NCBI GenBank assembly: GCA_951406725.2
Contig: OX597832.1
Location: 24,366,001-24,430,000, forward strand
Direction of reading: 5' to 3'
Source of the DNA: Octopus vulgaris
Lineage: Eukaryota
DNA: 64,000 nt
Below are positions 54,796 to 64,000 of the stretch, piece by piece; the stretch's first letter is position 1, and each line of letters starts with the position of its first letter. A program made the position numbers and the translations under genes. The notes beneath the pieces are model-generated. The model worked only from the letters and a program-made list of their open reading frames with translations. It was not told where the DNA came from and did not search any database.

Positions 54796-55019
54796 GTATG
54801 TATATAATAAAATATTAGGGAATAAATCCAAACTTACAGGGAAAAATCAGATTTAGGATTGAATCCAATTTTCTAGTAAAATATTATATCATATTAAATT
54901 AGAGATAAAACCACTATTAGGCAAATCATACAATAAAAAACTTAAGCCAATGCATACGATTAATTAATTTTTATTATTTAAATATATATAAAAATTATTA
55001 AAAAAGATAATTAATATAA

Positions 55020-55083
55020 CACTACGATCGTTTCATGGCTGTTCAATTCTTAAAATTTTCGAGTTACAGTCATTCTTCAGGTG
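55020..55083 (-). ncRNA. Hammerhead motif in a foldback element
   Basis: CAC-CTGAAGA-ATGACTGT..ACAGCCAT-GAAA-CGATCG-T-A-GTG. Confidence 0.7.
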
Positions 55084-55291
55084 GTTTACATATCTTGGCG
55101 AGGTTTAATCAATGAACTTAAAAAATTTTAAGAATTGAACAGCCATGAAACGATCGTAGTGTTATATTAATTATCTTTTTTAATAATTTTGATATATATT
55201 TAAATAATATAAATTAATTAATCTTATGTATTGGCTTAAGTTTTTCATTGAATGATTTGCCTAATAGTGGTTTTATCTCTAATTTAATATA

Positions 55292-55400
<109 letters not shown>

Positions 55401-55605
55401 GTGAATGGAAGAAATGGAGTTGAACGAAGATTGTACAGAATTCCTTTTATTACATTCTACACATGTTTCAAAGGCCACAATTTTCCAAATTCTGATTAAA
55501 TAAGGATACCATATTGCAGCTTTCTCTTCAGGAAAAACCAGGAATTACGTTGTCAGAACAAAACAAAACAAAGGCGCGTTTTGTTCTGACAACGTAATTC
55601 CTGGT

Positions 55606-55688
55606 TTTTCCTGAAGAGAAAGCTGCAATATGGTATCCTTATTTAATCAGAATTTGGAAAATTGTGGCCTTTGAAACATGTGTAGAAT
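55606..55688 (+). ncRNA. Hammerhead motif in the right arm of a perfect palindrome (mirror copy at about 55453-55535, -)
   Basis: TTC-CTGAAGA-GAAAGCTGCAAT..ATTGTGGCCTTT-GAAA-CATGTG-T-A-GAA. Confidence 0.7.
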
Positions 55689-56183
55689 GTAATAAAAGGA
55701 ATTCTGTACAATCTTCGTTCAACTCCATTTCTTCCATTCACTAATTATATTAAACTTCAATTATCCGCGCCAACGCACGGTTGCAACACCATATGGTCAT
55801 ATCTCCAACCGTGTTTTTTCTGCTGTGATTTTTGCTACCCAGGTATCGGTTAAATTTTTGAATAATCCGTAACAAGATAATTCATCTTTCCATTTCAACA
55901 AATATATATATATATATATCTATCTATATATATATATATTTAACAAAAGGGACATTAGCCATTTGAATGTGGCTAGGGACAGGGTAGGGCGGTGGGGGTG
56001 TTACTGATGCATTTAGCCCCAGGCGATCATCAACGTCACTAGATAGGCTGATGATCGCCTGGGGCTAAATGCATCAGTAACACCCCCACCGCCCTGCCCT
56101 GTCCCTAGCCACATTCAAATGGCTAATGTCCCTTTTGTTATGGAGCAGTTACTGTCTATATCTCGTTTAGAGAATTATTATTG

Positions 56184-56326
<143 letters not shown>

Positions 56327-56337
56327 GGGGGGTGGGG

Positions 56338-56695
56338 GGGCGCAATGGCCTAGTGGTTAGGGTAGCGGACACGCGGTCGTAGGATCGCGGTTTCGATTCC
56401 CCGACTGGGCGTTGTAAGTGTTTATTGAGCGAAAACACCTAAAAGCTCCACGAGGCTCCGGCAGGGCGTGGTGGCGAACCCTGCTGTACTCTTTCACCAC
56501 GATTTTCTCTCACCCTTTCTTCTTGTTTCTGTTGTACCTGTATTTCAAAGGGTCAGCCTTTTGACATTCTGTGTTACGCTAAGGGTACACGGGTCTGTGG
56601 AGTACTCAGCCACTTGCATGTTAATTTCACGAGCAGGCTGCTCCGTTGATCGGATCAACTGGAACCCTCGTCGTCGTAACCGACAGAGCACCACG
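56338..56695 (+). mobile_element. SINE family C (tRNA-like head ggcgcaatggcctagtggttagg..ggtttcgattcc)
   Basis: Related copies at 23450-23741(-), 32130-32277(-), 16765-17075(+) and 46305-46520(-). Confidence 0.8.
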
Positions 56696-56907
56696 ATATA
56701 TATGTGTGTACGTGCGTGCGCGCGCGTGTGTGTGAGCGTCAACATATAGGCGCAGGAATCGGTGTGTGGTAAGTAGCCTGTTTACCAACCACATGGTTCC
56801 AGGTTCAGTTCCTCTTCTACTATAGCCTCGGGCTGACCAAAGCCTTGTGAGTGGATTTGGTAGACGGAAATATATATGCGTATATATATATATATATATA
56901 TATATGC

Positions 56908-56964
<57 letters not shown>

Positions 56965-57735
56965 TGTGTGTCTGTGTTTGTCCCCCTAGCATTGCTTGAC
57001 AACCGATGCTGGTGTGTTTATGTCCCCGTCAGCTAGCGGTTCGGCCAAAGAGACCGATAGAATAAGTACTGGGCTTACAAAGAATAAGTCCCGGGGTTGA
57101 GTTGCTCGACTAAAGGCGGTGCTCCAGCGTGGCCGCAGTCAAATGACTGAAACAAGTAAAAGAGTAAAAGAGTAAAAGAGTAAAGAGTAAAGAGTAAAGA
57201 GTAAACATATATATATAAACAATTGCACGCAAATATACCCACGCGTATACGCCCGTGAGTTGGTGTGTGTAGGTGTGTATGAGTTTGTGTTTGTGTGTCT
57301 TTATGTGCAGTTACCGAAGTAGGCATCGACCGCAAAAGCGAGCTGTGGGAAGTAAACAATGCGTTTGATATTGCAACAGATGTGGAAGGAAAGTTGTGTG
57401 CATGTGTGCAATAATACAAACATTTATATATTTATATATATGAATAGGTATTAGTCGATTAGGTATAAATTGATCGAATATTGAGTAGAGCACTGGCAGA
57501 GTTTAGGCTACCTGTTGTTATCCACACACTCATGCTTATATATATATATTGTAGTGGCGGTTTTTTTGACTTCTTATTAAAATCTTATGTATTGATTAAG
57601 TCTTTCCTTGTTTGTTTTGCAAAATAGTGGTTTTGTCTCTAATTAATATTATATAATATTTTACTATAAAATTGGATTTAATCCTAAACCTGATTTTTTT
57701 CCCTGTAAATTTGGATTTATTCCCTAATATTTATT

Positions 57736-57801
<66 letters not shown>

Positions 57802-58234
57802 TTATTATGGCTGCTCCCTCGTTATCGAGTATGGCCATTGCACGAACCTTAACTGTTGCTGGGGCTGGGATCGAATGTGACTTTTCAGCCCAGCTAAAGA
57901 TCTGCAATGTCTTGTACAGAATTGGCAACTAAGACCTTTAACGGTAATAGCCGGCTGTAGTTGCATTCATGCTTACATAAATACACACCTGTTTGCATGT
58001 ATGTATATATATGTTTATATATACTGGGTGGCTCTGAAGTAGGTTTACAGTTATTCAACTATCTGTTTCACGCTCATATATTAACAGTTTAAATCTTAGT
58101 GTTATAAGTATATATGAAACCATTATTCTATGCTGATTTAGTTAATTGTAGGATAGACATTTAAATGTAATAAACTATTTTAAAAGAAATTCAAAGTGCC
58201 TACGTGTTAACTGTAAACCTACTTTTGAGCCAAC

Positions 58235-58303
<69 letters not shown>

Positions 58304-58612
58304 TGTGAATATATATATATATATAAATATGTGAATATAAACAAAGGGTAATAATATAGATTACTACCAGTGGCCCAGCACAAAAGACGAATTAGTCATT
58401 AGACAAAATATTATTCATACAGAAAAATATTATTCATATAGAAACATAATTAAGGGCTCCTAAATAAGGATGCCAAGTGCTAGGGGCACAAAAAAAGGGA
58501 TGAATTTATCGAGAGTGAAAATCAAAAACATTTACCATTAACGATACATCTCGGACTGATCAGTTTCTACCTCTTTCTAGCAAAACAAACAGAATATGTT
58601 TGTTAAGGCCGG

Positions 58613-58694
<82 letters not shown>

Positions 58695-58780
58695 TTTATT
58701 TAAAAGCAGCAGAAATATAACAAAACCTGTTACTCGGAGTTTCACGTTCCCGTTCGCCGGACAGTTTTTTTTAAACAAAA

Positions 58781-58818
58781 CTGTCCGACGAATGGGAACG
58801 TGAAACTCAGAGTAACAG
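58781..58818 (+). ncRNA. Minimal hammerhead motif (CCGACGA core); inverted copy at 58727-58764 (-)
   Basis: CTGT-CCGACGA-ATG-ggaa-CGT-GAAA-CTCAGAG-T-A-ACAG. Confidence 0.7.
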
Positions 58819-58921
58819 CTTTTGTTATATTTCTGCTGCTTTTAAATAAAAGCATATTACTCTACCTCTGGTATTTGAGTACTCTTTTTTCCACCTTGTT
58901 TCACAATTATGTGCTTACTCC

Positions 58922-58969
<48 letters not shown>

Positions 58970-59318
58970 ACCTTCGAAACACGCATTGAGTCGAACCAGG
59001 GGCAGCTGATGAAGGGGAATTTTCCTTGTATTGTTTGTCTTGTACTCTGTTTTTTCGTTGTTAAAAAAAGTCCGTTTCCTAGTTTGATTTTATGTTTTCA
59101 TTTCTCGTTATGTTCTACGTTTATTTGTGGTGTCCTGTACTCATATATATATATATACATATATATGCATGTATATATACATATAGATGTATGTACATAT
59201 ATGTATGTATATATGCATATATTTTATTTATTTATTATATTGTTATTATATATATATGTATATATATATATGTATACATATATGCATATATGTATATGTA
59301 TGTATATATATATGTATA

Positions 59319-59356
<38 letters not shown>

Positions 59357-59464
59357 TATACATATATATATACATACATATGCATATATACATATATGTA
59401 TACATATATATATATACATATATATATAATAACAATATAATAAATAAAAAAAATATATGCATAT

Positions 59465-59536
<72 letters not shown>

Positions 59537-60255
59537 GTATATGTATATGTATGTATATATATAATGAATGATTGACTTGAATTTATGCAATATGCAACAG
59601 AAGTACAAGAAATGTATACATGTAGCTTTACTAGGTGCGAAACCAGCTCAATAGATTTAATTATGTCAATTAGGCACCCCTCCACCAACAAATATGATAT
59701 TAGTCGATGAGTAATAATCAGATTCATAATTTCGGTAAGGAAGGGAGATAACTTTCGACATGTTTCACGCTTATTTATGGTTTCAGCATCGAAGTACAAG
59801 CTTCATTAGCACAGAACTTGGTCAAATATATGTCGTTTCGGACTTTGAATTTTAGACAGTTTGATCGATTGAACAACCAGCTCCTTCAATTAGTGTGTGA
59901 AGTGGCTGGATATTCCGCGATCTTGAGTCTGAAGCAGCGTGACACAGATTGTAACGAGGGTAGGGGAACGTTTTGACTTACAGGTGTAATACATTTGACG
60001 GGTTCTCCACAATTGCCCTTTCTTCCGTCGCTTCTTCAGTTTCACCCGCAAGCCTTAAGGTTAACCCAAGGTTGTAGTAAGAATGACTTTATGAAAATAC
60101 TATACAATAGCTTCGAACTTGGAACCTCGTTTATCAGAAGTGGAACCTTTTTAGCTATTCGGTAACACTGTGTCTAGTATAGATATGGGGGTTCAAGTCC
60201 TACGTTCAGCCTTCAACTTTTTCTATCCAAGGAGGTTTTAAACCCAATATTTATA

Positions 60256-60821
60256 TTGGGTTACCCGGAAAGTTCGTGCCGATTTATAGTAGCTTACCTT
60301 TCGACTTATTTTTGAACATGGTTGAGTCCAAAAAATAGGATTTGACTACACCTCCATTTAGAGCACAGTTTAAGCTATCTTTTCGTGGAAGAAGGTTTAT
60401 GTTCCTATAACCTGTGTTAATTCTGTAACCCTTTAAAATGGAAGATAAGAAAGTTCATTTTCGGTACTTGATGCTTTGGGAAGCAGACAAATATTGCTGC
60501 AGCTTGGCTGGGATGTGTTACCCCACCCTTCATCTTCACCAGATATTATTCCTTCCGATTTCCACTTATTCATGTCTCTGCAGAATAGTTAATGGTAAAA
60601 ATATCAATTCCTTGGATGACGTAAAAAGATACCTTGATGAATTCCTTGCCATGAAACCACCTCAATTCTGGGAAGAGGATATTTTCAAGTTAAAGGAAAG
60701 ATGAAGACGCATTATGCAACAAAATGTTTCATATGTGGTTGATTAAAAAAATGTAATGGCAAGTATTTATTGACCTTTTTCTTTCCTTTAAAAATCGGCA
60801 CGAATTTTCCGGACAACCCAA
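60256..60821 (+). mobile_element. Internally deleted mariner, same family
   Basis: Same TIRs and TA TSDs; MEDKKVHFR N-terminus fused to the C-terminal SPDIIPSDFHLF..GKNINSLDDVK segment. Confidence 0.9.
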
Positions 60822-61204
60822 TAGCTTCAGCTACTTTAAGATCTATCATTCAATCCACCAAAGAATTATTTTACATTCTCTTGAAGTTTAGAGATTCTCA
60901 CGACGTCAACAACATATAATCCTCGCTGTAAAGAATCAAGCTTTTAAAATGTATAGAAAAATTCGAAGGAATGCTTTGGACCAGTGCTGGAACGTCTTTC
61001 ATGTTTACAAGAGCTTTAGATTTGCTTCCCGCGAGCAGCTTTTTCCTTTTTCTTTTTTAATCCAAAGATTTTTGCTCGTTATTATTTATAGCTTAACTGC
61101 AGCTGGCTCCATGATTCTGAAAAAGGATTATATATGACCGCGTGTGTACCGTTAGCGATTTTTTTCCCTCCGTCTTCCCTTCTCTGGATCTTTCCTCTTC
61201 CTAT

Positions 61205-61239
61205 GTTTCTGACGAAGAGCTCCGCTCGAAACGTAAAAC
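61205..61239 (+). ncRNA. Minimal type I hammerhead with canonical core
   Basis: GTTT-CTGACGA-AGAGC-tcc-GCTC-GAAA-CG-T-A-AAAC; palindromic stem III ACGT. Confidence 0.78.
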
Positions 61240-61336
61240 CCTCCTTCTTCCCTTCCTTCCTGAGCGTCCAATAATACTATACTTGTTCCACGTCCTCGCG
61301 TTGTTGTGTTTTCTCTTCGTGTTTTCATGTTTGGAT

Positions 61337-61490
<154 letters not shown>

Positions 61491-61503
61491 ATCCAAACAT
61501 GAA

Positions 61504-61632
<129 letters not shown>

Positions 61633-61715
61633 GGTCCCGGGTTGATTCGGGGTTAACCACAGTAAATAAGGTACTCAATACATAGCAGAGTAAAATTAAT
61701 TTATTATATAGAAGG

Positions 61716-61766
61716 AGCTTCTACAGGACTAGAACTGTTTCATTCAAGAGAAATCTTCAGGAAGCT
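61716..61766 (-). ncRNA. Type I hammerhead with a complete stem III hairpin
   Basis: AGCTTC-CTGAAGA-T-TTC-tctt-GAA-T-GAAA-CAG-ttctagtc-CTG-T-A-GAAGCT. Confidence 0.72.
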
Positions 61767-61937
61767 AGTTAACAAGAATTGTATTGGCATTTATACATTT
61801 AGGCAGGTTTAAAGGGGTGTTGGTGGGGGACTTTTTGGGGGTAGGCATAGCGCAAAATATCATACTTGGGGGAGTGGTCAAGGAGTCAGTGTTAAATTAG
61901 ATAGAAGAATAAATAAAAAATAAAAAATAAAAAAATA

Positions 61938-61974
<37 letters not shown>

Positions 61975-62019
61975 AGGGGGATAGAGTTTTAGGTAAATAA
62001 GGAGATTCTCACTTATACC

Positions 62020-62385
62020 TATGCACATATGTATACATATATACACACGCATACAAACATATACATATACATACACACATACATACACACACATATATAT
62101 ATACATATATATATACACTTACACATACATATACATATCTACACATACACATATATGTATACATACACACACTCACATGCATACACGTATACACACATGT
62201 ATATATACACACACGACCACACATACATATACACACAGAAAAATATATATACACATACACACACATACTCACATACACGCATACACACACAAATCCACAC
62301 ACACACATGCACACACAGCACACTAGTCCCTATATACACATATATACACATACACACATATATACACACACATACATATACATAC

Positions 62386-62442
<57 letters not shown>

Positions 62443-62847
62443 ACCTATGCATACCTACACATACACACATATATATATACACATACAAATACAGACCCAT
62501 TCCCTAATTTTAATTTTATTATCTTCGTTTATTACTTTTGTTATCTTTGGCCGCTTGGTCACAAACATCTTGGCTATGACAGCCAGTCCATTTATCTGTC
62601 TACTGGAAAACAAGCACTCATTCACTCACGCACACTCTTTAGCACGTACACTCACTCATTCGTACACTCATACACATACACGCACGCACGCGTTATATTC
62701 ATACATACATACATCTACATACATTCACGTATATACACATACGTACGCGTACCTACAGATTCATGTCTACACTCTTAGAAGGCTAGTCTATACATATACA
62801 CCAATAAATATAAATACACACACATACACGTACACCTACATACAAAT

Positions 62848-62910
<63 letters not shown>

Positions 62911-63110
62911 CATATATATACACATATATACATACACATACATACATACACATATATACACATATACACACATATACACATATATACACACATACACATA
63001 CATACATATACACACATACACATACATACGTATACATACATACATACATCCATACATCCATACATACATACATTTATACACATACACACACCCACATACA
63101 TACATATATA

Positions 63111-63153
<43 letters not shown>

Positions 63154-63560
63154 CATATACATATATACATATATACATATATATTCATACACACACATAC
63201 ACATACATACATACATATACAAATATACGCACACACATACATACATACTCATATACTCATACACGCACATACACATGTACATGCGTACCCATACACACAC
63301 ACACACACGCGCGCGTCCATATATACACATAAGTACACCCATGCGTAAGAGTATACATATATCTATGCTTACACATACACACACACACACACGCGCCTCC
63401 TTATATTCATACTTACATGCATACTCAAAAAATAAGTAAATAGTAAAATATATATACGCGCAGTTATTCATACATGCATACTCAAAAAATAAATAATAAA
63501 TAATAAATATTAAGTATATGTACGTGCAGTTACCTATTATATAGACGGATACATACATAT
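62020..63560. repeat. Degenerate (CA/TA)n low-complexity region
   Basis: Direct reading. Confidence 0.9.
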
Positions 63561-63589
63561 AAACTTACACATCTACTTTTTCCGAGGCC

Positions 63590-64000
63590 CATCCAACGTC
63601 CGATAGCAATTGCAACTGCCCTGATAAAACCACCTGCCCCCTCAACAACAACTGCCTACAGAGGGACCTAGTATATACATGCGAGGTAAGATCAGGCCCT
63701 GACGATAAAAGAAAATCCTACATAGGAATGACGTCAAACAGCTTTAAGACCCGTTGGTACGCACACACACACTCGTTCCGGCGACAAGATAAATCCAACC
63801 AAACTACCCTCGCCGCCCACATCTGGTACCTTAAAAGGAACTCCATCCCCTTCAAGACCAAGTGGAAACTACTACAGAAGGCGCGCTCGTACACAGGAGG
63901 CCATACCTGCTGTGACCTCTGCATATCGGAGAGCCTAGAGATCTTGTTCGCCAAAGGCCCTCTCCTTAACAAAATCTCAGAACACTCCCCAAATTGTATG
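63590..64000 (+). mobile_element. Third PLE: GIY-YIG endonuclease fragment running off the window end
   Basis: Hand translation CNCPDKTTCPLNNNCLQRDLVYTC...KSYIGMTSNSFKTRWYAHTHSF...LAAHIWYLK...CDLCISE. Confidence 0.88.

Noticed and set aside
56338-56410. Functional tRNA genes at SINE heads (also 42312-42380)
   Set aside because: tRNA-like A/B boxes continue into repeat bodies and the acceptor stems are imperfect
58548-58620. Minus-strand half hammerhead GAAACTGATCAGTC
   Set aside because: The 5' core is cut off by (TA)n, so it is incomplete; the similar motif near 59755-59795 is also degenerate
58966-59020. Permuted (type II) hammerhead gaaac..gtc..ctgatga
   Set aside because: Stems I and III do not pair convincingly

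Overview
Eukaryotic, AT-rich and microsatellite-rich animal genomic DNA, most likely a coleoid cephalopod (Octopus-like). The taxon is inferred from recalled SINE families and was not checked. There are two convergent protein-coding genes. (1) On + strand, CDK8/CDK19 (Mediator kinase): 12 coding exons traced by hand from 6826 to the stop at 26185; the first coding exon was not found and probably lies upstream of the window. (2) On - strand, a 3-exon gene the ORF track misses (40770-31674) encoding a 109-aa secreted protein with 10 Cys and a SVWC/VWC-like YPxCC motif. The rest is repeats: several tRNA-derived SINE families, CR1-, RTE-, Tx1/L1- and R4/Dong-like LINE fragments, two deleted mariners, a hAT-like MITE carrying a 61-bp satellite, and three Penelope-like elements (PLEs), two with inverted pseudo-LTRs. 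The most striking hidden signal is more than a dozen hammerhead-ribozyme (HHR) motifs from at least seven sequence families. They sit in PLE pseudo-LTRs and in short non-coding foldback elements embedded in (TA)n tracts. One has an intact core on the sense strand of a CDK8 intron, and several carry a recurrent CCGANGA core variant. Most long ORFs in the track are microsatellite artefacts.
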